Of a stretch of DNA of 64,000 bases, positions 1-11,425 are shown piece after piece. Each line of letters opens with the position of its first letter. Position 1 is the stretch's first letter. The notes beneath the pieces are model-generated. The model did no database searches, had not been told where the DNA came from, and worked only from the letters and a program-made list of their open reading frames with translations. Both the position numbers and the translations under genes were made by a program. This DNA is from Octopus sinensis (Eukaryota). The stretch lies in contig NC_043003.1 in the NCBI RefSeq assembly GCF_006345805.1, positions 86,924,001 through 86,988,000 of the forward strand, in the 5' to 3' direction.

Positions 1-162
1 CGCATAGACATTTGATGTTAAAAAAATTTCAGGAATTGTACTAAAAAATTGTTAAAATATTTTGTTTATTGAAGTAGTATAACCATTTTATTGCACATAA
101 ATTCTAACAACTAAATTTTATACGGAGCCCAAAGGCCATATGGACCTCGGTTGAGAACCACT
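1..162. mobile_element. hAT-like DNA transposon end fragment, cut by window edge
   Basis: Ends in ...ggacctcggttgagaaccactg, the reverse complement of a CAGTGGTTCTCAACC-type hAT terminal repeat. Confidence 0.4.
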
Positions 163-1310
163 GGATTAGATCTACGGTATTTCTCTCCATAGTTTATCAG
201 ATTTACGATTATTGCAAATTTATGCCTTCGATTTCGTCCCATAGTTTGGAACGTGACGCAAGAGTTAGGATGATAGGTAGGTAGGCATGGAGGTAGATAA
301 GTAGGAAGGAAGGTACTTGTATATTGATATATAAACTTCCTGTATTAATATATTTGTTTACTCACATCTTCTCGCTGAAGAAATGGATTTTAACAAACTA
401 TTCGAGGTACTTTCAGCTTTTTGTGAGTGTTTTACTAATGTATGTGTTTCTATGCGGTCTTTGTCCCGCTGGAAAGTGCAATCAGATGTCATCAAACTAC
501 TCCCACCACCTTCAAAAAGTGCATAGCTGAGGTAATGAAGGAATTGTCTATGCAGTCGCTCGATCACAGCCATGGGGACATATTGGATGATGGGCCTTTC
601 GATACATTATGTCTGGAAAAAATAAAACAAAAGATAGAATGGTCATTTCTGGAACACTTTTGATCATAGACCTGCTCCGTCGGGGCTTAATGAGGCTAGA
701 CGAAAACATCAATGCATACTAAGTAAGTTAGACACTTTTGGTTGGAAGTTTGATGCTTTAGATATTCGAGCAATTACGAACGACAGTTAAAGTTATGAAA
801 GTAAGTAAATAAAAGAGAGGCAGCAGATATGCAAATATGAGAGTGACGAAACAGTAACTAAAGCACTGTGAAAACAAATATGTATATTTCTGTCTAGTAA
901 ATATAATCACTTAACCACGTGTGAATTTTAATGAAACGGAGAGTGTTTGGACAAGTTAAATATATTTACAAAACAACAATGAGGTTAAGTTATGCACCTT
1001 TTTGCATAATGAACGTATGTACAATGAACAGTCGTCAGTTACAAAACAATGTCTCTTCGGCACTTGGTGGGAATATAGATTTTATATGTTATTTGAAGTA
1101 TAGCATTTTAAAACGGTAAAGGTTATTTTTAAAAGAGATTTGACTGCTGGTTCATCAGGTCGAACTACTGTGTGTGTTTGCACACGCGTGTATGAGTGTA
1201 TGTGTGCGCACGTGTGTGTGTGCACACGTGCGTGCTTGTGTGTGCACGGTTGCGTATGTGTATTTATTTATATATATATTTATATATATATATATATACA
1301 TATATATATG

Positions 1311-1351
<41 letters not shown>

Positions 1352-1436
1352 TTGTGTGTGTGTGTGTGTGTGTATGTGTGTTTGTGTGTGTGTGTGTGTG
1401 TGCGTGTATGTACACGCATATGTTCATACATATATA

Positions 1437-2651
1437 TATAGGGTGCGTTCAAAATGTATCCGACTTTATTTTTCTCGCTAAAACTAATATTGCATGGACA
1501 AAATCCTTTGGATGAGAGGTAACGCTACCCTTCCTGGGCATAGGTGAAAATTCTCGCGCCGATAGGCCACGTCAGTTCCCGGCTGTTACATCTAGTGTGC
1601 GCTCGCTGGGTTTTCGTTTACACGCAAAACGACCGAACGTATCGAGCAGAGACCGTAAATTCATGTCTCATCACCAGTGATGATGGCCTTCATGAAGTCT
1701 TGGTTGTGGTTTGCACAGTCCAGCGTGGAGTTGCTTCCGCTGATCTGCCATCACTTTGGGGGCTAATTTCGCTGACATTCTCCGCATGCACAAATCCTCT
1801 GTTAAAATGGAATGCAATAATTCAGTACTTATTCCCACTCTGTGAGCAATTTCCTGCATTGTTACACGACGATTTTCTATTATTATTCACCAAACTTCTC
1901 AATCGGCTCCACGTTTTAGCTTGTGCATGGACTGCCTGAGCGTACCTCACTTTCCACTGAGGTGCGGCCAAGCTTGAAGCAGTTGTACCACTCCTATTTC
2001 TGAGTTTTGCCCATGGCGTTATCACCATAGACCTGCTGAATCTTCTTGATGTTTTGAGGTTGAGTATCACCAAATTTTTGGCAAAACTTGATTTTTTGTT
2101 GTTGTTTTTTTTTTGTTCCTTCTCGAGCCATGCCTGGCTCATAAGGGCCGGTTTCTCGGTTTCCTTGGCGTATAGGTTCCCCAACTGGACGGGACGCCGG
2201 TCCGTCGCAGGTCAGCTGCAATATGCAGGAGGAAAGAGTGCGATAAAGTTGTGGCGAAAGAGTCAGCAGAAGTTCGCCATTACTTTCTGCCGGAGCAGCA
2301 TAGAGCTTGGGTATTTCGCTCATAAACACACACTTCACCCGGTCTGAGATTCGAACCTGCGATCCCTCGACCACGAGTCCGCTGCTGTAACCACTAGGCC
2401 ATGTGCCTCCACTTGGCAAAACCTGATGCAATATTTCAACTCCGTACGTTTGGTGAAAACGAAAATCGACGAGCGCACACTACACGTCTGTACTCAAGAC
2501 GCAACAGTCGGGAACTGACACGGCCTACCGGCTCTAAAATGTTCGCGCATGTACAGAAAGGGTGGCGTCACCTCCCACCCAAAGGGTTTTGCCCACGCGA
2601 CATTAGTTTTGGCAGAAAAAATAGTCGGATATTATTTGAATGAACTCTGTA
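1437..2651 (-). mobile_element. Deleted mariner element with ~200-bp inverted ends, interrupted by a SINE
   Basis: Minus-strand mariner transposase pieces: KFCQKFGDTQPQNIKKIQQVYGDNAMGKTQ (HTH) and IAHRVGISTELLHSILTEDLCMRRMSAKLAPK. 1437-1650 and 2430-2651 are diverged inverted copies with TA ends. Confidence 0.8.
2093..2412 (-). mobile_element. tRNA-derived SINE (family C) with 15-bp target-site duplication
   Basis: Minus-strand head ggaggcacatggcctagtggtta...gcaggttcgaatc (A/B-box-like). TSD ttggcaaaacttgat (2078-2092) / ttggcaaaacctgat (2413-2427). Confidence 0.85.
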
Positions 2652-2664
2652 CGCGCGTGTACTC

Positions 2665-2866
2665 TTTTACTTGTTTCAGTCATGTGACTGTGGCTATGCT
2701 GGAGCACCGCCTTTAGTCGAGCAAATCGACCCCAGGACATATTCTTTGTAAGCCTAGTACTTATTCTATCGGTCTCTTTTGCTGAACCGCTATGTTACCG
2801 GGACGTAAACACACCAACATCGGTTGTCAAGCGATGTTGGGGGGTCAAACAGAGACACACAAACAT

Positions 2867-2897
<31 letters not shown>

Positions 2898-2983
2898 GAT
2901 ATACACGACAGGCTTCTTTCAGTTTCCGTCTACCAAATCCACTCACAAGCTTTGGTCGGCCCGAGGCTATAGTAGAAAACACA
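2665..2983 (-). mobile_element. tRNA-derived SINE (family B, internal CA/TA microsatellite), 5'-truncated
   Basis: Matches the family body repeated at 3698, 17385, 18395, 27711, 32109, 36215, 38750, 40376, 45196 and 52562. Confidence 0.85.
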
Positions 2984-3059
2984 TGAGCGCGCGCGCGCGT
3001 GTGTGTGTGTGCGTGTGTGTCAAAGAGTACGGCATTCAGTAAAAATATTTGTAAAATAC

Positions 3060-3690
3060 GCAAAAACAAAGAAGTTGTTTACTGGTAATGAAATTTTTGT
3101 GTCGAAGAATATTTGATTACTGTTGTCTATATGTAACCTTATATCAGTGTGTAGCAAATCTATTATGTATGAAAGAAACTAGTTTACCTGGTTGGTTGTT
3201 GGAAATTACTTTGTGTATATCGATGCAAATCACTGTAAGAATTATGGTCTTTTTGTTTAAAAATTGTAAAAGACTCTTTCAAGATGTTATGCTTCTCTCA
3301 AGGACAAGTATGGCACCCTCTGGAGCTATTAATGTAGTTAAAGATGTGTTCAGTAACTGATGAAGTGATTTTTATATTTGTTAATATTTTCCTCCTTTAA
3401 ACTTGGATAATGATGGGATGAAGCGTCTTTGTGAGCGACTGAATGTAAACACATTTTGCGAAAATCACTTTTAAAGGGATTTGTAGTAAATCCTATATAA
3501 CTTTTGCTTTCACATTTGTTTACATGAATACTGATCACTTGATAAACTTATGTCATTGTAAGAGACATTCTGTTGAGATAGAGGACAGGTTTTTGCATTT
3601 GCTGCATTTGCATAGAAGAAAAGTGATTTGCATTTTCGTACTAGAAAGTTTTCTTGTTTATACTGGCTGTACAAACATATGTCGATACGT
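3060..3690 (-). mobile_element. Penelope-like element GIY-YIG endonuclease fragment (degraded)
   Basis: Minus-strand VNKCESKSYIGFTTNPFKSDF (YIGxT motif), preceded by a Cys-rich CxC/CPL segment and followed by GCHTCP*EKHNILKES, broken by stops and frameshifts. Confidence 0.7.
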
Positions 3691-3697
3691 TCACACT

Positions 3698-4049
3698 TTT
3701 ACTTGTTTCAGTCATGTGACTGTGGCCATGCTGGAGCACCGCCTTTAGTCGAGCAAATCAACCCCAGGACATATTCTTTGTAAGCCTAGTACTTATTCTA
3801 TCGATCTCTTTTGCCGAACCGCTAAGTTACGGGGACGTAAACACCAGCATCGGTTGTCAAGCGATGTTGGGGGAACAAATACAGACACACAAACATATAT
3901 ACACACACACACACACATATATATAGATATACACGACAGGCTTCTTTCAGTTTCCGCCTACAAAATCCACTCACAAGGCTTTGGTTGGCCCGAGGCTATA
4001 TTAGAAGACACTTGCCCAAGGTGCCACGCAGTGGGACTGAACCCGGAAC
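3698..4049 (-). mobile_element. SINE family B
   Basis: Near-identical to the other family-B copies; followed by (TTA)n. Confidence 0.85.
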
Positions 4050-4050
4050 G

Positions 4051-4095
<45 letters not shown>

Positions 4096-4291
4096 TGCTT
4101 ATATGCATTCATGGTGTTTCCTTGCTTCAATTGTTTGAATACTCAATAACCCAAAACCTAAAATTTCGATTCAAGAAGTTTCAGCTTGTAATAAAATTGC
4201 AGCTCATAAATAATAGAGTTTACATAATGAGTAATTTTCCATTTGTTTGTAGAAAGAGATGTTCACCAATCCGCACGCGCACACGCACGCA

Positions 4292-4322
<31 letters not shown>

Positions 4323-4499
4323 CACACACACACACACAACACACACACACACACGCACACACACACACACACACACGCACAAACACACACACAGACATAT
4401 ATATGCATATACATATACACATAATTTAGATTAGTTTTGACCACTTACTTGGTAGCAAGATTGTGAAGGAAAGCATATTATTATGATCATCCGTTAAAT

Positions 4500-5130
4500 C
4501 TTAAGAAAATCTTGCAGATTTTTATTGTTATAGATATTATGATCATTTGTAGCGTATGAATTAGGAGTCAAGGAGTTGCATTCTCTCCCCCAAGAACCCA
4601 AGTCCAGCCATACTTTGCTCCAGACGAGTTGGTACCTATCTTGTTGCTCCAATAATAATAGATATGAGGCTTGGTCTATAGATGTTACCTTTCTCTTGTA
4701 TATTTCTGACCACACTGGTGTCCAGAGAACAACCGACGCAAAACAACTTTCACTAATATACTTTTGATTTACCGGTTTCAATATAATCAACTTCGTCTGT
4801 TGGTGTTTTCTTTTTTTTTTTTATCCTGTTCCACATTGTTCTGGCCACTGCATCATGCCTCATGGGAAGATAATATCTAAGAGTCATTTTCTCATTGTTG
4901 GATTTAATGTGGTCCTTGTCTTCAGTTTTGGTTTTGAGCAACTTAAATTTGTTGTCTGTCAAGCCGCTCTGCGTTTTCTTGTGTTCCAATCTACATTTTT
5001 GTCACTTATTCTTTTCCTCGCCTTTCCTTCTCTTTCATTATTTTTGTTGACTCCATTATTTCATGTATTTCTCCATCTCATATTGTGCCTGAAACTGAAA
5101 CTTTCATTTCTATAAATCTACCGTGCTGAA
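4500..5130 (-). mobile_element. Degraded R4/Dong-like non-LTR fragment
   Basis: RYYLPMRHDAVARTMWNRIKK resembles the RHD/xxW motif after the zinc knuckle. Homologous fragments at 6880-7150 (+) and 11530-12130 (-). Confidence 0.55.
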
Positions 5131-5502
5131 TAATTCAGTGAAAGCTGAATAATTGATCTCATGATTTAGATCAAGAACTACGTCAGTTGGTTTGTAGTAG
5201 TGATCCTAACTAAGCAGCTTCTCTAAAATCTATGGGTTGATGACGTTGCAGTATTGGTCTTTAAATTTAATGTACTTCCACACAACCATCTGCAACTGTG
5301 CTAGTTTCCAGTGACGTTTGGAAAAGACCCTTCCGTTCGAAGTATTATCTTCTCATTCCATGAAAAGATGATACTTTGTTCTCTCCATAACTGTCGTGTA
5401 CTTTATGTGTAATTTTATATTCATTGCAGCGTGGAAGGTGTTTGTAAGCCATTTAAGAAACACACAAAAGCCGTTCGATTCACTTCAAAAATTTAAGTTT
5501 AA

Positions 5503-5553
5503 TTTGTCAAAATATTTTCGTCGCTTTAAGACCGCGACCTATTCACTGACAAA
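5503..5553 (-). ncRNA. Mirror hammerhead motif on the left arm (G3.U8)
   Basis: Minus strand TTTGTCA-GTGAATA-G-GTCGC...GCGAC-GAAA-ATA-TTT-TGACAAA, perfect 7-bp helix I. Confidence 0.6.
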
Positions 5554-5572
5554 AATCCGTGCTGCATCTCTT

Positions 5573-5623
5573 TTTGTCGGTGAACAGGTCGCGGTCTTAA
5601 AGCGACGAAAATATTTTGACAAA
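5573..5623 (+). ncRNA. Type I hammerhead ribozyme motif, G3:C8 variant
   Basis: TTTGTCG-GTGAACA-G-GTCGC(ggtcttaaa)GCGAC-GAAA-ATA-TTT-TGACAAA: 7-bp helix I, 5-bp helix II, palindromic helix III (AATATT). Confidence 0.7.
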
Positions 5624-6439
5624 TTAAACTTAAATGTTGAAGTGAATCGAACGACTTTTGTGTGTTTCTTAAATGGCTTACAAACACCTTCCACGCTGCA
5701 ATTGTTTTCGTTTCAACGCACGATCTCAGATCAAGTCACTTTATATTCATTGCAAGCAATCAATGTGTATTTTGTTTGAACATCTGTATGTAGCATTCTG
5801 ATTTGTTGCCAAGTTTAAAAAGAATTTGAATGCATGTACTATTTTGCTTCCAAGTTGACAAGTGGCCCGAATCCTTGAAGAAAATAAATAACTGTAGGCG
5901 TAATTGTCTGGTTTGACAAACTTTTGGGGCAAATAGATCAGAGAGAAATATTTTTTTTATGCTTCTGGGTGCATGAAGGAAAAAAGTAACCCCCGATTCT
6001 GAAACTGAACATAATTGATTATTGTTATGTATGCTGTTCTTTAGTTAGGTAGCAGCTTCGGTGCATTAGTTGCAACTGCTTGGTGATAATCATCATCATT
6101 GTTAGGTGTCTCACGCCGTAGTTAATGATAAAGATCGTCGCTTTGGTTCAGTTTAACTTTAGGAAGGCCTAACGACGGAATCCCATTTTCTTGCGGATAT
6201 CCTTCTTTGTTCTCAATGGCAATAAATATTAAGTTGAAAATGGCATCCTTTTAATCAACTTTGATTGTAAAAAATTTCGATTTTGAACCTGATATCTGAA
6301 GTTTTCAGATCTTGTCTGTGATTTTGTCATAATGCAAACAGTTTACAAATAACCACAAACTTGCATCAAAATTAGGAACAAAACTCAGAAGCTGACTGGT
6401 GATTTTGAGGATGCTGCTGTTGCTGTTGTTCCTGTTGCT

Positions 6440-6811
6440 GTTGAACGAACGGTCTTCGTCCCAGAGCTCGCAAGATGGGAGAAGTCCGAAACGTGGTCCT
6501 TTGCTATTCGTAAGACCTGCAGAAGAGAAAGCAGGTCAACCCCCGACAGGTCAACCATCGATGGATGGATGAATGCGCATCCAGGCTCAGCGGTTGCGTA
6601 GGAAGTCGGGGACAAGAAACAGGAAGAAAGAGTGAGAGAAAGTTGGAGCGAAAGAGTACAACAGGGGTCGCCACCACCACCCTGCCAGAGCCTCGTGGAG
6701 CTTCTTAGGTGTTTTCGCTCAATAAACACACACAGTACCCGGTCTGGGAATCGAAACTGTGATCCTCCGACTGCGAGTCCGCTGCCCTAATCATTGGGCC
6801 GTTGCGCCTCC
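6440..6811 (-). mobile_element. SINE family C
   Basis: Head ggaggcgcaacggcccaatgattagggcagcggactcgcagtcgg...gtttcgattccc; homologous to 2093-2412 and 52181-52538. Confidence 0.8.
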
Positions 6812-7742
6812 TGAGGATACTGCTTCTGTTGTGGCGGCCACGCACTGTAGTGCAGTCAGTGATAGTAATGAAAGAGAATGAAAAGAGGGGAAAATAATAA
6901 GTGAAAAACAATTACACAATGAAGCACGAGAAAATGAAGAGCGGCTTTGACGGACAACAAATGTAGGTTGTACAAAACCAAAACTGAAGACATCGACCAC
7001 ATTATTTTCCAGCTTTGAGAAAATGACTCTTAGATATTATCTTCCTGTGAAGCACGGTGTAGTGGCCAGAACAATGTGGGACAGGATAAAAAAAAAAAAC
7101 AGAATACTAATAGACAAAGTTGGTTATATTGAAACCGGTGAGTCAAAAGAATGTTGGTCTCACTAAAAGCAAACCTTTTCTCTCACGGTTTGTTTTGGAC
7201 TATTCACAAATTCGAATCATGGCTTAGAGAATGTATTTAGAGTTGTATTGTTTTGAAGCAAGTGTCTGTTGCCAATCATTTTAGTCAGTAAAATAGACTT
7301 TATCCATTTCCCTGGGGCACGCACGCACATATACAGACACACACATACACACACGCACATACACACACAAGATAGCGAATTCAAAGTAACAGTGATCAAT
7401 ATAAATTTCACGGCCGGATCGTTATTTGTCTTCTATTAACACTATGTCACTAGTGTCGGAGGTTTTACTTAGAAACTCACGAAGACTCTGAAGAACCAAA
7501 GAAAGAAGCGAATGACTTAACGTACTTTAGTGTCAAAAATATATTTAACAAGTTTTACTGTAAAAAAAACAAAAACATTGGAAGTGAAATATCTTAATTG
7601 GCCATAAGGTTAAATAATATGGTCTCACTAAAAGCAAACGTTTGGTTACTCGACCTACAAGATATAGCAGCCAAATGTTTCTCAAATGACATCCTGCCAA
7701 CTAAAAAACAGAGACGAACATACTGCATAATGTTTTTTCAGA

Positions 7743-7962
7743 TATGAGGGGATCTGAAAAGTCTCTGACTTTAAGGGTATTGCGAAAGGCCTGGTCGAAG
7801 TCCCAACCTTCAGAGTTCTTTTACAGGATTTAGGAAAACTGAAGGACTACTGCAATAAGTGTGTGAATCTAAGAGGGGAATATGTTGAATAAAATCATAA
7901 TTAACTGATCCCCCTGTATTTTCTTTTACCCAGAGCCAGGAACTTTTCAGCAACCCCTCGTA
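7743..7962. mobile_element. Mariner-derived MITE (~220 bp, TA-flanked)
   Basis: Ends tatgaggggatctgaaaagt / acttttcagcaacccctcgta; interior resembles a mariner C-terminus; second copy at 60663-60862. Confidence 0.75.
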
Positions 7963-8907
7963 TACTATTTTATGTCATATGACAAAGGCGGGATGGTCAC
8001 AGCTAATATGATTGGATCAGGGTTGATCTGGGACTGTAATGTTATGTCGTGATAGCAGAGTTGGTAGAGCACCAGACTATATTTACTTCTGTCCCATTAA
8101 GTTCTGAGTCCATATCTGACCAAGCTCAACTTTTTTATTTCGTAAATACGTGAGATAAATAGCTATCAGTAATAAAATAGTTGTAGATTAAAGTTACTGT
8201 AGCACTATTCCCTACAATATTTTGCCCTACAACTGATAATGCTTACTGAAATTTGGTGACATTTAATATTGAACATCATAATATCTATTTTCTTGGCCGT
8301 TATGGAAATCGTGTCGTGCATCTCGTATCTACTTATATCAAGATTGGTAGAAACATAACCAGCCTGTCAGTTTCTCAGATATGAGAGATTGAAGAGAGCT
8401 TTTAGCAAGATTTATTATTATCAATCCTATCTGCTGTTTATATTAGGGAACCTATGCATATTTATACGGTTTCAGAATGTTCTATAAATATACTTATGTT
8501 TAATAATTTATCAAAACTAATATCTGCTAAATTGTTTAACATCTGTTATGCACGTAATTGTTTCAGTAAGATTCACAATGTTCTCAGTATACATATGTAG
8601 TCATTAGCAAATACGAACGTAGGACGTAAATGTGGAGCAATTACTAAATTAATACAGCGCTAAATTTATTCCAGTATTTGCTTAACTCTGGTTATCTACA
8701 GAAACGACAAGGATCTAAATTAGACAGCGTGATTCTTGCTTCATTGAATGTGAATCAGAAATTATTAGATCCAACTTCAACATTCTTGGTGGATATGTTC
8801 ACAACTTTTAACCACAAAATTATTTTAGGATAACATTAAATATACATTTCGTTTTTGTATTTGGTTTGCAAGATTCTTTATATGAGTTCGTGTGTTGAAG
8901 CATATAC

Positions 8908-9105
8908 TGTTGTGTCTGGGGAGAGTCATTTTCTTTTTGTGCCTTATAATATAACACACTCACCAGATAGTCAAAACTATTGAAAAGGTTGCAAGACGCA
9001 ACGAAAATTTTAGGAAAATAAAAATAAGAAAAAAGTGGAAATTTGACCGGTGAGTGTGTTATATTATTAGGCACAAAAAGAAAATGACTCTCCCCAGACA
9101 CAACA
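8908..9105. repeat. 57-bp inverted repeat (1 mismatch) with 84-nt spacer; Penelope-like pLTR fold-back
   Basis: 8908-8964 is the reverse complement of 9049-9105. Confidence 0.85.
8977..9013 (+). ncRNA. Minimal type I hammerhead motif, U3:A8 variant
   Basis: CTA-TTGAAAA-G-GTTGC(aagac)GCAAC-GAAA-A-TTT-TAG; zero-loop palindromic helix III; helix I only 3 bp. Confidence 0.5.
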
Positions 9106-10020
9106 TTAAATATACATTTTAATATAAAGTTAGCAACACTATGTACACTCAGTATGACCGAATGATTAAGAAGTTCGCTTTGCAACCATGAGGTTTCGGG
9201 TTTGATCCCACATGACGGCATCTTGTGCAAATGTCATAATTTATAACCTCAAGACGGTCCTTACAACTGATAATGCTTACTGAAATTTGGTGACATTTAA
9301 TATTGAACATCATAATATCTATTTTCTTGGCCGTTGTGGAAATCGTGTCGTGCATCTCGTATCTACTTATATCAAGATTGGTAGAAACATAACCAGCCTG
9401 TCAGTTTCTCAGATATGAGAGATTGAAGAGAGCTTTTAGCAAGATTTATTATTCTCAATCCTATCTGCTGTTTGTATTTGGGAACCTATGCATATTCATA
9501 AGGTTTCGGAATGTTCTGTAAATATGCTTAATAATTTATCAAGACTAATATCTGCTAAATTGTTTAACATCTGTTATGCACGTAATGCGATATAATGGTT
9601 TGTGTATTTACAAATTAACGATATTTTGAAATAAACGCAAAAAAGCTGATTGACTTTTAGACAAGCATACAAACCTTTTCCGTTTGATGTTAAAATTCCA
9701 TTCTTTCAACAAAATTTCTCTCAACCCTAGAAGCTAACGAAATACTCCAGTTTGCAGTAAATATTTCAAGTATTCGTTAGCCTTTAGCGTTGAGTTATAA
9801 AATATGACTGTCTATATTCATAGTTATATCAGACACTGTCTTGTCGCCAAAGTCCGGTGTTTGGAAATTTACTGATATTTCTCAACGTTTAGACCTTCAT
9901 TTAGCTACAATTAATCATCTCAGGGTGAAAAATAACTTTGTTGCCTGAATATTAACAATGATATTGTAATTGAAATATGTTAACTGTCTGAAATTACCAA
10001 CATGGCTGTAAACTATTATT

Positions 10021-10048
10021 TATTCTTACTTTTCTTTCTTATTTTCAG
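10021..10048 (+). promoter_or_regulatory. Probable splice acceptor ahead of the ANK start codon
   Basis: tattcttacttttctttcttattttcag|cttg, 19 nt before the ATG. Confidence 0.55.
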
Positions 10049-10067
10049 CTTGAAAAGAAGACTCACT

Positions 10068-10940
10068 ATGAACACAAATCGAACAGCGACTCGAATTACT
10101 TCAGTTCTTCGCCGATCATCTACCAAGCGTGTTCTTACTGGTCCTCGACTCAGACAAACTATACGACCCTGCGTAGACGCCTGCGAAGAGCAAGGACTGT
10201 TGTCTGCCATCGAAAAGTGTCATCATGCATGTGTGATGAAGCATTTAATCGGAGGAGATTCCCCTGATGTAGGAACAACAAAGGATGACATGCCTGTAAT
10301 TTTAGCTTCTAAAAATCCAGAGATTCTCGAACTGCTTTTAGAATTCGGATGCGACATCAATCGAACACCCAAAGCTGATACTTCTATTCCATCAAAAAGA
10401 ACACCTTTGCATTTTGCTGCAGAGTATGGGTACTTAACAAGTGTGAAACTCTTAATTCATTACGGAGCTAATGTCGATGCTCACGATGCAAATAACATCA
10501 CTCCGTTAATGCTGGCCTGGGACAAATCGCAGGACCATGTAGCAGAGTATCTCCTGAGTGTCTACCTTCGTGACAAAAAAGCTGGCTCTTGGGGACACCA
10601 TGCTCTGATGCAGTCGTGTCAGAATGGTCAATTAGATTTTGTTCAAATGTTAATTGTCAAGGGACACGTGAATCCTAATGCACATGACCAATACGATGGT
10701 TCAACGCCTCTGATTGCTGCAGCTAAATTTGGACATATAGAAATTGTTAGATTTCTTCTAACTCGAAACGTTGATGCTACATATCGTGATAAACTACGAA
10801 ATTTTACAGCTGGAGATTATGCAAGTGTCAATGGACATCGAGAATGCTGGCTTGTATTGCAAGAAGCCTCAGAAGATCTTAAAGAAGATATAATAGTGGT
10901 TGTTCAAACTACAAATACTCCCCAAGAAATTGTCAAATAA
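10068..10940 (+). CDS. Ankyrin-repeat protein (~290 aa), single coding exon
   Basis: About 5-6 ANK repeats (TPLHFAAEYGYLTSVKLLIHYGANVD, TPLMLA, TPLIAAAKFGHIEIVRFLL). A polypyrimidine tract plus CAG at 10021-10048 favours ATG 10068 over 10002. AATAAA overlaps the stop. Confidence 0.9.
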   Translation: MNTNRTATRITSVLRRSSTKRVLTGPRLRQTIRPCVDACEEQGLLSAIEKCHHACVMKHLIGGDSPDVGTTKDDMPVILASKNPEILELLLEFGCDINRTPKADTSIPSKRTPLHFAAEYGYLTSVKLLIHYGANVDAHDANNITPLMLAWDKSQDHVAEYLLSVYLRDKKAGSWGHHALMQSCQNGQLDFVQMLIVKGHVNPNAHDQYDGSTPLIAAAKFGHIEIVRFLLTRNVDATYRDKLRNFTAGDYASVNGHRECWLVLQEASEDLKEDIIVVVQTTNTPQEIVK

Positions 10941-11389
10941 ATCTAATATACCTAAGTATATGATACAAAACCTCTAAAGATTATTCAAAACACTATCAAA
11001 CATATTTACATGTGTTTGTGTCCATACATGTGATATATACATTGATAATTATTCGTGTATAATCCTATAAATGCATTTAATTATTTGGTAATGGGATGAA
11101 TTTGCCAAATGTCAAATGAGTAAGCTATAGTTAGCTGTTCAAATCTGTACATTTAGAGAAAAGACTTTTGCATTAACGAAGTGCTAAACGAAAGATGAGT
11201 AGTTAGCTGGTTGGCTGGCTGGTTTCTTGGTCCAATGCTGTAGTCCAAGAGACGATGTATAGCCTCCAGCCAAGTAGGGCTCGACAAAAGTCAGTTATGT
11301 GGCTTATCTATTCGTGTATATGTGTTATATAATGCCTTTTTTGTTTTTGATTGGAGTATGCTTTATGCTTATTTTGACCTGCGCTTTGT

Positions 11390-11425
<36 letters not shown>

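Larger units (their letters stand above)
5423..5702. repeat. Fold-back palindrome (133-bp arms, 15-nt spacer), interpreted as inverted Penelope-like pLTRs
   Basis: 5423-5555 is the reverse complement of 5571-5702 with about 4-5 differences. Confidence 0.9.
8228..9586 (+). repeat. ~330-bp direct repeat pair (8228-8558 and 9262-9586)
   Basis: tacaactgataatgc...atctgttatgcacgtaat occurs twice at roughly 95% identity. Confidence 0.9.

Noticed and set aside
2340-2412. tRNA-like A/B-box sequences (also 6740-6811, 21498 and others)
   Set aside because: They are SINE heads continuing into SINE bodies; no complete cloverleaf was evident
10002-10067. Hydrophobic N-terminal extension of the ANK ORF that looks like a signal peptide
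   Set aside because: It is the translation of a polypyrimidine tract and splice acceptor, so probably intronic or UTR
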